Below, piece by piece: positions 9,722-19,222 of a stretch of DNA of 64,000 bases. The DNA lies in NCBI GenBank assembly GCA_902493275.1, contig CABUOQ010000004.1:7337-71336 (forward strand), in the 5' to 3' direction. The first letter of the stretch is position 1; every line of letters starts with the position of its first letter. Made by a program: the position numbers and the translations under genes. Origin of the DNA: an uncultured Bacillota bacterium (GTDB lineage: Bacteria; Bacillota_I; Bacilli_A; RFN20; CAG-449). The notes under the pieces are model-generated. The model was not told where the DNA came from and did no database searches. It saw only the letters and a list, made by a program, of their open reading frames with translations.

Positions 9722-9901
9722 TTTATCATATCACCGCCTTATAACTTATTTTTTTGTCAAAATAATTAATGAATATCAAGGGGAGAAAGAAATCAAAATC
9801 TTCGCCCCCAGTATTTTAAATATTTACTCAATGTGATTCTAATACATTATCTATTTTACAAGTATATATTAAAGTTTCTGTTTTGTGTTCTGCAAATTGT
9901 C

Positions 9902-10091
9902 TCATGATAACACTACCATCTCATTAGAATCCATATACATTAAAATTGCATTCTTTAATGGTAAATTGGCACAAGTGTAACGCTTATGTAACGTTATAGT
10001 TGAGAGATCATCTATAAATAATATGTACCTGGATCACAACACCCAGTTAAACCAACTAGCATACCCACTAAAATTAAATGCATTTTTTCAT
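9902..10091 (-). pseudogene. Truncated, multiply disrupted second copy of the small lipoprotein gene
   Basis: ATG at 10091 with a GGAG RBS reads MKKCI then a stop, because one base is lost relative to copy A (atgaaaaaGatgcat versus atgaaaaaatgcat). The internal ATG gives MHLILVGMLVGLTGCCDPGTYYL then a stop, with the same -1 offset to the body as copy A. The body ends early (..MYMDSNEMVVLS stop). Confidence 0.5.
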
Positions 10092-10113
10092 TTCTTGTTC
10101 TCCTTTTTATTTA
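9902..10113. repeat. Copy B of the roughly 200 bp repeat (partner at 7225-7424)
   Basis: See copy A. It sits 15 nt downstream of the RHS-fragment stop. Confidence 0.85.
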
Positions 10114-11285
10114 AGCCAATATAGAAACGTAAATGGAAAAGCTAACATTGTTAACGCAAAATATCCCCATGCATTTCTTTTTATTTCTTCACTATGTGTT
10201 CTTCCCTCTACTCCGCCTAATATATCAGCCAATGTCTCCCATGGAGAAAAATAATATGTTCTAGGATTATCGCCATATGGTCCTAGTTGTGATGGTGAAG
10301 GAATACCTATAGTAAATCCATATACAGCAATTTCCATCATCATTAATTGCCAATTATGTCCTCTTTCATGTCTTAAATCATCTATATTACTACCTTTTTT
10401 TAAGAAAATAGCGCTAAATGAACCAGAACGATCAAGCTCAGTCCTAAATACTGGAACTCCTTTATAAAAAGATACATAATTTGAATTTACTGTGGCTGAC
10501 TCGTTACTATTAAAAGGATTCCAGTTAATACTACACATATCAGCCCATGCGCCTTCGCCATTATTGAACATAAAAGCACCTAGAGCCCATATACTCATTA
10601 CAGCATAGCTTCCAATAGAAACCACTACTTGTAAAGCTAGACCTCCTATTGGTGTAAACGCTAAAATAAACATTCCTATATAAAATATTGCTAGAGCGCT
10701 ATGTCCACTTGGATCGACAAACATAATAGGATTATCCTTACAATACATATAAAGATTAAGGCCATTAATCTGATGTCTAGTTTCATCTAGAATAGATAAG
10801 CTGTCTGGAGAAATAAATCTTCCAGTTTCAGGATCATAATATCTTCTTTGTAGAAAATATAATCCTAATATTACATCATAATAATATCCTCGATATCTAA
10901 ATGGATTTTTATTTCCAATTGATGATGCATCTGTATCTTCTTCTAATGAAGAATTTAATACCTTACATCTTCCATATGCATCATAGATATATCTACTTAT
11001 TATTGCCCCGTCTTCATTATAGATATATGTTATATCTCCTTGAATATTTCTTTGATAATAATATCTATTTTCATGATATATAAAACCTACTAACTTTTCA
11101 AGAATATAGATAAACGTCATTTCGCCTTCAGCTAATACTTTATTACTACTATCATTTAAGGTTGTTGTAATATCATATGGATGAGTTGCTTTTCTTTTTG
11201 ATATAATTTGCCCATCAATATTTCTAGTTATACTTGATAATTTATTTGATATCGAAGATAATGTCCCATCTTTATTCCAGCACAC
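10107..11285 (-). CDS. Orphan RHS-repeat core end plus C-terminal membrane/HExxH domain (N-terminally truncated RHS cassette, possibly non-functional)
   Basis: 392 aa. YD/RHS repeats (YDAYGR, FRYRGYYYD, RRYYDPETGRFISPDS) and the core-terminating motif NPIMFVDPSGH. These are followed by two hydrophobic helices, HERGH (HExxH) and a C-terminal hydrophobic helix. The track start is a GTG, and an in-frame TGA lies 4 codons upstream. Full RHS proteins are several-fold longer. Confidence 0.7.
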   Translation of the reverse strand: MCWNKDGTLSSISNKLSSITRNIDGQIISKRKATHPYDITTTLNDSSNKVLAEGEMTFIYILEKLVGFIYHENRYYYQRNIQGDITYIYNEDGAIISRYIYDAYGRCKVLNSSLEEDTDASSIGNKNPFRYRGYYYDVILGLYFLQRRYYDPETGRFISPDSLSILDETRHQINGLNLYMYCKDNPIMFVDPSGHSALAIFYIGMFILAFTPIGGLALQVVVSIGSYAVMSIWALGAFMFNNGEGAWADMCSINWNPFNSNESATVNSNYVSFYKGVPVFRTELDRSGSFSAIFLKKGSNIDDLRHERGHNWQLMMMEIAVYGFTIGIPSPSQLGPYGDNPRTYYFSPWETLADILGGVEGRTHSEEIKRNAWGYFALTMLAFPFTFLYWLK

Positions 11286-11383
11286 AGAAGAATATCATGA
11301 TGAAAACGAAGGACGTTATGGTTTCTTATTAGACTTTATAGACTAATTATATATAAAAATTAATCTTAATAGATAACTATTCC

Positions 11384-12088
11384 CTATAGTGGTTTTTTTA
11401 CTATTTGAGAATAATTTCTAGGATATTTTTTATTAGTATTTTTTATTTTTTTTATAAAAATATTAATACGATAATCATTATTCGTTATTAAGTTAACCTC
11501 TTCTATTTTAGAAACTTCACAATCAAGTTCTAAAAACGCTTTTTTACACTCATTAATTTCCTCAATTCCTTGTTTACCTTTTAAGGCAATAAAATATCCA
11601 TCAACCTTAACTAGAGGCATTACTATTTCTAATAAAATATTTAATCTTTTAACAGCCCTTGCTGTAGCATAATCAAATTTTTCTCGATTCATTTTAGCGT
11701 AATCTTCACTTCTTTGGTTGATAATATGAACGTTTTCTAAATGGAGTTCATTAACGACTTTAGTTAAAAAATTACATCTTTTGCTTAATGGTTCCAGCAA
11801 ATACACATCCAAAGTTGGATAAGCTATTGCTAAAACCAATCCTGGAAAGCCAGCGCCTGTTCCAACATCAATCAATTTTTTATTATTCAAATTCTCATTA
11901 AAAGAAAACAAAAGTGAATCAAAAAAATGTTTTTCGTAAACTTCTTCTTTATTAGTTATCGCAGTTAAATTCATTACTTTGTTTGTTTCGATAAGAAGAT
12001 TAAAATAATCATTAAATTTCTGCAATTGTTGAGGTGACAACTTTAATTTTCTGTTTATGCATTCATTATAAAATTCAATTTCATTCAT
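11384..12088 (-). CDS. rsmG: 16S rRNA (guanine527-N7)-methyltransferase RsmG (GidB)
   Basis: 234 aa. SAM-binding motif DVGTGAGFPGLVLAI. Position directly after mnmG. Confidence 0.9.
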   Translation of the reverse strand: MNEIEFYNECINRKLKLSPQQLQKFNDYFNLLIETNKVMNLTAITNKEEVYEKHFFDSLLFSFNENLNNKKLIDVGTGAGFPGLVLAIAYPTLDVYLLEPLSKRCNFLTKVVNELHLENVHIINQRSEDYAKMNREKFDYATARAVKRLNILLEIVMPLVKVDGYFIALKGKQGIEEINECKKAFLELDCEVSKIEEVNLITNNDYRINIFIKKIKNTNKKYPRNYSQIVKKPL

Positions 12089-13961
12089 TTACTTTTTCCT
12101 TTTTAATGTACAGCAATAATTGAGCGATATCAGAAGGATTGACACCAGAAATTCTAGATGCTTGTCCGATGGTTAAAGGATCGATTTCTTTAAGTTTAGC
12201 TCTTGCTTCTAACGCTAAGCCATCAATATGTAAATAATTTAAACCCCTAGGAATTTTTAATTCCTCCAATTTTCTCATTCTTTCAGCGTCTCGTTTTTCT
12301 TTTTCAATATAACCTTCATATTTTATCATTATTTCTAATTGTTCTTTTCCTAGGTTATCTAATGGTTTTAAGTCTACAAATCTCTCAACATCTGATATTT
12401 TAACACCTGGTCTTCTTAAAAGATTTGCAACACTCATTCCGCCACGAAAATCTTGTATTCCTAAGCTTTCCATATATTCAACATTTTTTTGATTTCCAGA
12501 TAAAATAGTTTTTTCTAGAATTTCTTTATTTTCTTTTAAGTTACTTTTCTTAATTAAAAACTGATTATACTTTTCATCGCTTATTAATCCAACTCTATGT
12601 CCATGTTCATATAGTCTTAAATCAGCATTATCGTGACGCATTAACAAACGATATTCCGCTCTAGAGGATAATAGACGATATGGCTCCAATGTTCCTTTGC
12701 TTATTAAATCATCTATCATTACTCCAATGTAAGCTTCATCACGCTTTAATATTAATGGTTCTTGATTTTTTATTTTTAACGCGGCATTGATTCCTGCTAA
12801 TAGACCTAATCCCGCCGCTTCTTCATAACCAGAAGTTCCACATATTTGACCAGCACAATATAATCCAGGCCATCTTTTTACCATTAATGTAGCGTCAAAT
12901 TGTGTAGGATAAATTGCATCATACTCTATCGCATACGCATATTTTAATATTTCAGCATGTTCAAGTCCTTTAAGAGAATGAACCATTTCTAATTGAATAT
13001 GCTCTGGCATTGAAGTAGAAAATCCTTGTAAATAAATAGAGTCGTTATATTTTGATTCTGGCTCTAAAAAAAGCTGATGTCGTGGTTTATCTGCGAAACG
13101 AACAATTTTATCTTCTATCGAAGGACAATATCGTGGACCAACACCAGTCACAAGTCCACCATATAATGCACATTCATGAATATTATCTCTTATTATTTTG
13201 TGAGTCTTTTCATTGGTATATGTTAAATAACATTTAACTTGCTTTTCCAACGGCAAATTAAATTTATCATCGAAAGAAAAACATAAATTATCGCCTTCCA
13301 TTCCATATTGTGGTTCTAACTTATCCCAATCAATAGAAGATGCTTTAATTCTTTGAGGAGTACCAGTTTTTAAACGGAATATTTTAATCCCCATTTCCGC
13401 TAGTTTTGGTGACAATCCTTGAGACGATTTTTCACCATCTGGTCCTGCCACCATTGATTTATGACCAACTAAAATATTTGATTGCATATAGGTGCCTGTC
13501 GTTAAAATAACTGCTTTAGAAGAAATTTCTTTTTCTTGAATTTTAACGCCATATACGCTTTTATCATCATGAAGTAAATCATCAACCATTCCTTCCATCA
13601 ATGTTAAATTATCACAATTAAAAGCATACTCTTGCATTATAGCAGGATAATCTAATTTATCTTCTTGAGCTCTTAAACATTGAACACCCGGTCCTTTAGA
13701 AGTATTTAACAATTTTATTTGAAGAGCGCCACGATCCGCTCCTTTTCCCATCATGCCGCCTAAAGCATCAACCTCACGAACAACGATTCCTTTAGCTGAT
13801 CCACCAATTGAAGGATTACATGGCATATTGGACATTTTCTTAAAATTTAAACTTATCAATAGTGTCGATAGATTCATATGGGCACAAGCCATTGCTGCTT
13901 CCATACCAGCGTGACCTCCTCCGACAACTATAACATCAAAATCATATTTCATTTTAACCAA
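12081..13961 (-). CDS. mnmG: tRNA uridine-5-carboxymethylaminomethyl modification enzyme MnmG (GidA)
   Basis: 626 aa. FAD motif [15 protein letters not shown] and the highly conserved GidA pattern ([23 protein letters not shown]). The likely real start is ATG at 13952 (MKYDFDV), 1 nt after the sufB stop. Confidence 0.95.
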   Translation of the reverse strand: MVKMKYDFDVIVVGGGHAGMEAAMACAHMNLSTLLISLNFKKMSNMPCNPSIGGSAKGIVVREVDALGGMMGKGADRGALQIKLLNTSKGPGVQCLRAQEDKLDYPAIMQEYAFNCDNLTLMEGMVDDLLHDDKSVYGVKIQEKEISSKAVILTTGTYMQSNILVGHKSMVAGPDGEKSSQGLSPKLAEMGIKIFRLKTGTPQRIKASSIDWDKLEPQYGMEGDNLCFSFDDKFNLPLEKQVKCYLTYTNEKTHKIIRDNIHECALYGGLVTGVGPRYCPSIEDKIVRFADKPRHQLFLEPESKYNDSIYLQGFSTSMPEHIQLEMVHSLKGLEHAEILKYAYAIEYDAIYPTQFDATLMVKRWPGLYCAGQICGTSGYEEAAGLGLLAGINAALKIKNQEPLILKRDEAYIGVMIDDLISKGTLEPYRLLSSRAEYRLLMRHDNADLRLYEHGHRVGLISDEKYNQFLIKKSNLKENKEILEKTILSGNQKNVEYMESLGIQDFRGGMSVANLLRRPGVKISDVERFVDLKPLDNLGKEQLEIMIKYEGYIEKEKRDAERMRKLEELKIPRGLNYLHIDGLALEARAKLKEIDPLTIGQASRISGVNPSDIAQLLLYIKKEKVNE

Positions 13962-15336
13962 TACTGCCTTCCATATCCATTTTAATCAATCGATTCAATT
14001 CAACCGCATATTCCATTGGAAGTTCCTTTGAAAATGGTTCAATGAAACCCATGACAATCATTTGAGTAGCATCTTTTTCTGATAGACCTCTACTCATTAA
14101 ATAAAATAACTGATCTTCATTAATTTTTGACACTGTAGCTTCGTGTTCTAAAAATGAAGTATCATTATTTATTTCATTACTTGGTATGGTATCCGATGCA
14201 GAAATATCATCTAATATCAAAGTATCACATTCAACATGTGACTTTGAATTTTCCGCTTTAGGACCAATATATACTCTTCCACGATAATTAGCAACCCCGC
14301 CTCTTTTTACTATCGATTTTGAAATAATAGTTGATGTGGTATTGCTAGCCATATGTATCATTTTAGCTCCTGCATCTTGATACTGATCTCTATCCGCTAC
14401 AGCAATTGAGATGCATGTTCCTTTAGCGCCATCACCAGCTAAAACGCAACATGGGTATTTCATATTTATTTGAGAGCCAATGTTACCATCAATCCATTCC
14501 ATTAAACCGCCTTCTTTAACTAAAGCTCTTTTAGTAACTAAATTAACAATATTATTAGACCAGTTTTGAATTGTTGAATATCTACATCTTGCACCCTTTT
14601 CGACAATAATTTCAACTACAGCAGCATGTAAAGAATCCATTGAATATATCGGTGCAGTGCACCCTTCAACATAATGTAAATCAGCGCCTTCATCAACAAT
14701 GATTAATGTTCTTTCAAACTGTCCCATTTTTTCATTATTAATTCTAAAATAAGATTGCAAAGGCTTTTCTAATTTCACATTTTTAGGAACATATATGAAC
14801 GATCCTCCTGACCATACAGCTCCATTTAATGCTGAAAATTTATTATCTTGATAATTTACTACTGTATTAAAATACTTTTTAAATAATTCTGGGTATGTCT
14901 TTAATGCCGTATCAGTATCTAAAAATATAACACCTTTATCTTCTACTTCTTTTAGCATATTGTGATAGACAACTTCAGATTCATATTGAGTTGACACTCC
15001 AGCTAAATACTTTTGTTCAGCCTCAGGTATTCCTAATTTTGAAAAAGTATTTTTTATAGTTTCTGGAACATCATCCCAGTTTTTTTCAACTTTTTCACTT
15101 GGTCTTATAAAATAGGTGTATGAGTCAAAATCTAAATTTGTTAGTGAAGGTCCAAATTTAGGCAATGGTGAAGCCAAAAAATAATTCAAAGATTTTAATC
15201 TAAATTCTAACATCCAATCAGGCTCATGTTTTAATTTAGAAATCTCTCGAACAACGTCTTCATTTAATCCTTTATCAGTTTTTAAAATAGAAACATCTTT
15301 ATTTTTAAAACCATATTTATATTCTTCTTTTTCCAT
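13954..15336 (-). CDS. sufB: Fe-S cluster assembly scaffold SufB
   Basis: 460 aa with typical SufB sequence ([25 protein letters not shown]). Last gene of the sufCDSUB order. Confidence 0.95.
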   Translation of the reverse strand: MEKEEYKYGFKNKDVSILKTDKGLNEDVVREISKLKHEPDWMLEFRLKSLNYFLASPLPKFGPSLTNLDFDSYTYFIRPSEKVEKNWDDVPETIKNTFSKLGIPEAEQKYLAGVSTQYESEVVYHNMLKEVEDKGVIFLDTDTALKTYPELFKKYFNTVVNYQDNKFSALNGAVWSGGSFIYVPKNVKLEKPLQSYFRINNEKMGQFERTLIIVDEGADLHYVEGCTAPIYSMDSLHAAVVEIIVEKGARCRYSTIQNWSNNIVNLVTKRALVKEGGLMEWIDGNIGSQINMKYPCCVLAGDGAKGTCISIAVADRDQYQDAGAKMIHMASNTTSTIISKSIVKRGGVANYRGRVYIGPKAENSKSHVECDTLILDDISASDTIPSNEINNDTSFLEHEATVSKINEDQLFYLMSRGLSEKDATQMIVMGFIEPFSKELPMEYAVELNRLIKMDMEGSIG

Positions 15337-15339
15337 AAA

Positions 15340-15774
15340 CTATTTATATTCCTCAAGTATTTTACTCATACCATTCCACCCTATTGTAGCGCATTTTATT
15401 CTCGCCGCTTGTTTAGAAGTGTTCATAAATACAATGGCTTCATCTAAACAATCAGGGTCATATTCTTCTTCATGAATCATCGCTAAATAATTTTTAATGA
15501 TAACTTTAGCTTCTTGTATCGTCTTTCCAGTCAAAAGCTCACTCATCATCGATGTCGATGATTTAGATATTGCACATCCGACTCCATGCCAGCATACATC
15601 AACTAAAATATCATTTTCGATTTTTGCTTGTACATATATTTTATCAATGCAAGAAGTTGAATCCATATACATTGTTTGATAAGACGGATCACTTTCTTCA
15701 CGATAATTTCTCGGATTAGAATAATGATCCATAATAATTTCTCTCATCATTTCTTGATTAATTGAAATAGGCAT
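15340..15774 (-). CDS. sufU: SUF-system sulfur-transfer protein SufU (IscU-like)
   Basis: 144 aa with three conserved Cys contexts (STSCID, GVGCAISKSS, ARIKCA). Lies between sufS and sufB. Confidence 0.9.
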   Translation of the reverse strand: MPISINQEMMREIIMDHYSNPRNYREESDPSYQTMYMDSTSCIDKIYVQAKIENDILVDVCWHGVGCAISKSSTSMMSELLTGKTIQEAKVIIKNYLAMIHEEEYDPDCLDEAIVFMNTSKQAARIKCATIGWNGMSKILEEYK

Positions 15775-16987
15775 CTAAAAAATCTCCACCTTTCTTTAAT
15801 GCTTCCACAAAAGTATCTATTTCCTCAAAAGTATTATAAAAATATAAAGAGGCTCGAACCGTTGCTTCAGTTTTTAATTTATTCAATAAAATTTTTGCGC
15901 AATGCTGTCCTGATCTAACAGCAATCCCATATGAATTTAATAATGTTGCTTCATCTTGAGCAAATACATCTAAGACATTAAAAGTAATTATTGCTGAATT
16001 TGATTTTTCATTATAAATTTTAACATTTGGTACTTGTTTAAGTTTTTCTATCGCATATTCTTTAAGTTCTTTTTCATATTGACATATATTATCCATTCCT
16101 ATTTTTAATAAATAATCTATTGCCGTACCTAAACCGATTACTCCAGCAATATTTTGCGTTCCCGCCTCAAATTTTAAAGGTGGAAATTGATAACCTATAT
16201 TGCCACACATATCAAACTTTGTATTCATTCCTCCACCAGTTAAAAGAGGATTCATTTTATCTAATAATTCATACTTGCCATATAACACTCCAACACCTGT
16301 TGGTCCACACATTTTATGCCCAGAAAAAGCAAGAAAATCTACATCTAAATCTTTAACATCTATACTCATATGGGGTACTGATTGAGCGCCATCTAACACA
16401 AAAACCGCTCCTATTTTATGAATTTCTTTTGCAAACGATTTGACATCAAAATCATATCCTAAGACATTGCTTACATGTGCCAAAGAAACAATTTTTACAT
16501 GCGAATTTAATGATTGTTTAAGATTATCTAAATTTAATCTTCCATCCTCATCCAATTCAATAAATGATACCTTGCATTTGCATTTTTCCGCGACATTATA
16601 CCAAGGTAAAACATTTGAAGCATGTTCAGCCTCTGTTATGAGTATTTCATCACCTTCATGTAAATACTTTTCTCCATAACCATAAGCTACCATATTTAAT
16701 GACATTGAAGTTCCAGAAGTGAAAACAACTTCATTAGAATTACAATTAATCAATTTTGCAACTTTAGTTCTAACTTCATCAAATTTTTCATCAACCCTAT
16801 GTGCAATATCATAATCACCACGATGCGCATTAGCGGTGTAATTTGAATAATAATCCACTATCGAATCAATGACACATTGCGGTTTAAGAGAAGTTGCCCC
16901 ATTATCAAAATAAACCAAAGTTTTACCTTGCATTTTTTTATCATTTAACATTGGAAAATCTTTTCTTATTTTGTTAACGTCTATCAT
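15758..16987 (-). CDS. sufS: Cysteine desulfurase SufS (class II aminotransferase V)
   Basis: 409 aa. PLP-Lys context FSGHKMCGPTGVG and active-site RSGQHCA. Confidence 0.95.
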   Translation of the reverse strand: MIDVNKIRKDFPMLNDKKMQGKTLVYFDNGATSLKPQCVIDSIVDYYSNYTANAHRGDYDIAHRVDEKFDEVRTKVAKLINCNSNEVVFTSGTSMSLNMVAYGYGEKYLHEGDEILITEAEHASNVLPWYNVAEKCKCKVSFIELDEDGRLNLDNLKQSLNSHVKIVSLAHVSNVLGYDFDVKSFAKEIHKIGAVFVLDGAQSVPHMSIDVKDLDVDFLAFSGHKMCGPTGVGVLYGKYELLDKMNPLLTGGGMNTKFDMCGNIGYQFPPLKFEAGTQNIAGVIGLGTAIDYLLKIGMDNICQYEKELKEYAIEKLKQVPNVKIYNEKSNSAIITFNVLDVFAQDEATLLNSYGIAVRSGQHCAKILLNKLKTEATVRASLYFYNTFEEIDTFVEALKKGGDFLDAYFN

Positions 16988-16990
16988 AAA

Positions 16991-17821
16991 CTATACCTTT
17001 TCAATAATGCATTTTTCGATATCTTTTCTTATTACTTCATCATCAAAATATTTCACAATTGGATTTAAATACCCAAATGTAATTATTCTTTTTGCAGTTT
17101 CTTCATCGATTCCTCTAGAAGTCAAATAGTAAACATGGTCGTTATTAATTTGGCCCTCGCTTGCACCATGCGAAGCCTCAACATCATTTTCACTAATACA
17201 TAGTTTTGGTGATGCTTTAGCATGGCATGTCTTATCAAAAACCATTATTTTTGCATTTTGATTAGTTGAGGCTTTTTTAGCGCCTTTTATTATTACTGCA
17301 TCTCCAAGAAAATTGAGCGTAGATGCATCTTTGCACACTCCATAATTTTCCATTTTCGCTTTTGTTTCACCAACATTATGATTAAAATTGATTTCATAAT
17401 TCTTATAATCGTTCTTTTGTGATAAGGCGGCAAGATGCCACATTATAGATGATTTTGGGCCATTCAAATTAACGACTACTTTTTCATCTTTTCTTCCGCT
17501 AGTGAAATCAGCATAAGCCACTTCAACATTAGCTTCTTCTTCAAGATTAATGCTTAAAGAACTATCAAACGCCTCTTTTTTAGCAAAGATACTTATTTTT
17601 GAACTTGTATTTTTCCCCACATTAAGAACAATCTCACCATTTTTTAATTCAGATATAATTACCATGGATATTTCACAATCATCGCCAATATTAATAGTTA
17701 ATTTTTCATAATCAAAATCACTGCAATCTAAAACTATTTTACCACTTTGTCCTGGTAATATCTGATATACGCATGAGTTGTCATCAACAATCTTACTACT
17801 TAAACTTCCAAAATTAATCAT
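16991..17821 (-). CDS. sufD: SufD-family Fe-S assembly protein (short form)
   Basis: 276 aa. The C-terminal SufB/D beta-helix and helical tail resemble SufD (ASHGASEGQINNDHVYYLTSRGIDEETAKRIITFGYL). Lies between sufC and sufS. Confidence 0.8.
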   Translation of the reverse strand: MINFGSLSSKIVDDNSCVYQILPGQSGKIVLDCSDFDYEKLTINIGDDCEISMVIISELKNGEIVLNVGKNTSSKISIFAKKEAFDSSLSINLEEEANVEVAYADFTSGRKDEKVVVNLNGPKSSIMWHLAALSQKNDYKNYEINFNHNVGETKAKMENYGVCKDASTLNFLGDAVIIKGAKKASTNQNAKIMVFDKTCHAKASPKLCISENDVEASHGASEGQINNDHVYYLTSRGIDEETAKRIITFGYLNPIVKYFDDEVIRKDIEKCIIEKV

Positions 17822-17832
17822 ATATTTTCTTT

Positions 17833-18651
17833 CTACTTAATAACTTGTTTTACAGCGCAAGAGCCGATAGAAACAGAGTTCATCTGTTTAGCATCTTTAT
17901 TAATTTCTATACCATGTTCTCTTTTTAGCCATTCATATCCTTCACTATCAATTCGGCTTATTAATTCAGTTCCACCTTCAAGAACAATCTTGCCATTAAT
18001 AATAATCACGGCCCTTGTAGGTTTGATTAATTGATATAATCTAGCATAATGAGATACAACTAAGAAAGACATGTCTGTATCTTCGAGTTCTCTAATCGCA
18101 TTAGCAACAACATTAATAGCATCAACATCAAGTCCAGAATCTATTTCATCTAGCATAGCTAAATCTGGTTTTAATAATAGCATTTGTAATATTTCATTAC
18201 GTTTCTTTTCTCCACCTGAAAAACCTTCATTTAAGAAACGATTAGCCATATCCATAGATATATTCATCTTTTTAGAAGCACTTTCAAGTTCGCGATAAAA
18301 TTCAAAAATTTTAATTGGCTTTTCTCTTCTTGCATTGATTGCCGCTTTTAAAAACTCTGCATTAACTACACCTGGAACTTCAGCCGGATATTGCATAGCC
18401 AAAAATAAACCATTTTTAGATCTTTCATCAACTTTCATTTTTAAAACATCTTGTCCATCTAAAGTTATAGAGCCTTCTGTAACATGATAATGAGGATTTC
18501 CCATAATAGCCGCTAGTAAAGTTGATTTACCATGGCCATTAGGTCCTAACAAAGCCACTGTTTCATGAGACTTAATTGTTAAATTAATTCCCTTTAATAT
18601 TTCACGTCCTTCAACGCTTACATGTAAATTCTTTATTACTAATTCTTTCAT
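17833..18651 (-). CDS. sufC: Fe-S cluster assembly ATPase SufC
   Basis: 272 aa. Walker A GPNGHGKST, signature FSGGEKKRNEI, Walker B AMLDEIDSGLD. Confidence 0.95.
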   Translation of the reverse strand: MKELVIKNLHVSVEGREILKGINLTIKSHETVALLGPNGHGKSTLLAAIMGNPHYHVTEGSITLDGQDVLKMKVDERSKNGLFLAMQYPAEVPGVVNAEFLKAAINARREKPIKIFEFYRELESASKKMNISMDMANRFLNEGFSGGEKKRNEILQMLLLKPDLAMLDEIDSGLDVDAINVVANAIRELEDTDMSFLVVSHYARLYQLIKPTRAVIIINGKIVLEGGTELISRIDSEGYEWLKREHGIEINKDAKQMNSVSIGSCAVKQVIK

Positions 18652-18751
18652 ACGTTAGTCTCCTAAGCGTTATTATTCTACTACAATAATTATTTAAGTA
18701 CAATTTTATTGTAAGATTAAGCAAAAAAATTAAGAATATTTTTTTATATAA

Positions 18752-18783
18752 TAAAAAAGGACAAAGTTTTTTCCTTGTCCTTC
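18752..18783 (-). terminator. Rho-independent terminator after the tiny-peptide genes
   Basis: Minus strand reads aaggacaa-ggaaaaaact-ttgtcctt followed by a T run. It lies between the tiny peptide gene and the sufC promoter region. Confidence 0.5.
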
Positions 18784-18792
18784 CATATAACC

Positions 18793-18888
18793 TTAGCAAC
18801 CGCAGCTTGAGAACCAGCCACCGCAACCGACAATGACTAGTAAAATGAATAAAACTAAGATAATTGCAAATGTACTTCCGTTATTCAT
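18793..18888 (-). CDS. Tiny single-TM peptide with Cys-rich tail (YjcZ-like tiny_TM family candidate)
   Basis: Own translation. A GGAGGT RBS is followed by MNNGSTFAIILVLFILLVIVGCGGWFSSCGC (31 aa). Below the ORF-track size cutoff. Confidence 0.6.
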   Translation of the reverse strand: MNNGSTFAIILVLFILLVIVGCGGWFSSCGC

Positions 18889-18903
18889 GATATCGCACCT
18901 CCT

Positions 18904-19005
18904 TTAGCACTGGCAACAACAGCCAATGATAGCAATCAAAATAAACAAAATGAGTATATATGCAAAGAAGTTATTACCAGCTGTATTTTGTACTGATGGA
19001 TTCAT
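18904..19005 (-). CDS. Tiny single-TM peptide with Cys-rich tail (paralog of 18793-18888)
   Basis: Own translation. A GGAGGT RBS is followed by MNPSVQNTAGNNFFAYILILFILIAIIGCCCQC (33 aa). Confidence 0.6.
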   Translation of the reverse strand: MNPSVQNTAGNNFFAYILILFILIAIIGCCCQC

Positions 19006-19222
19006 AGTTACCTCCTTTGTTTTCACGATATATTATGAAGTTTTGATACTTTTGCTATTTTTTTATAAAAATAATTATTGTTGAGCCCAATTTTCTCTCG
19101 CCCGCGCGTATAATGCGCGTAATAACTTATGTTATTTGAAAATTATCATTTTATTATTGAAAATGCAGTGTTAATCAAGTATTATTAATTCGCTATATTG
19201 AAAATAAGGAGGATTTTTCATT

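Noticed and set aside
18611-18826. 71-aa minus-strand ORF spanning the sufC start, the promoter region and the terminator hairpin.
   Set aside because: It overlaps sufC out of frame, runs through a terminator and an intergenic AT-rich region, and is Arg/Leu/Lys-rich. It is spurious. The real small genes nearby are the tiny peptides at 18793-19005.
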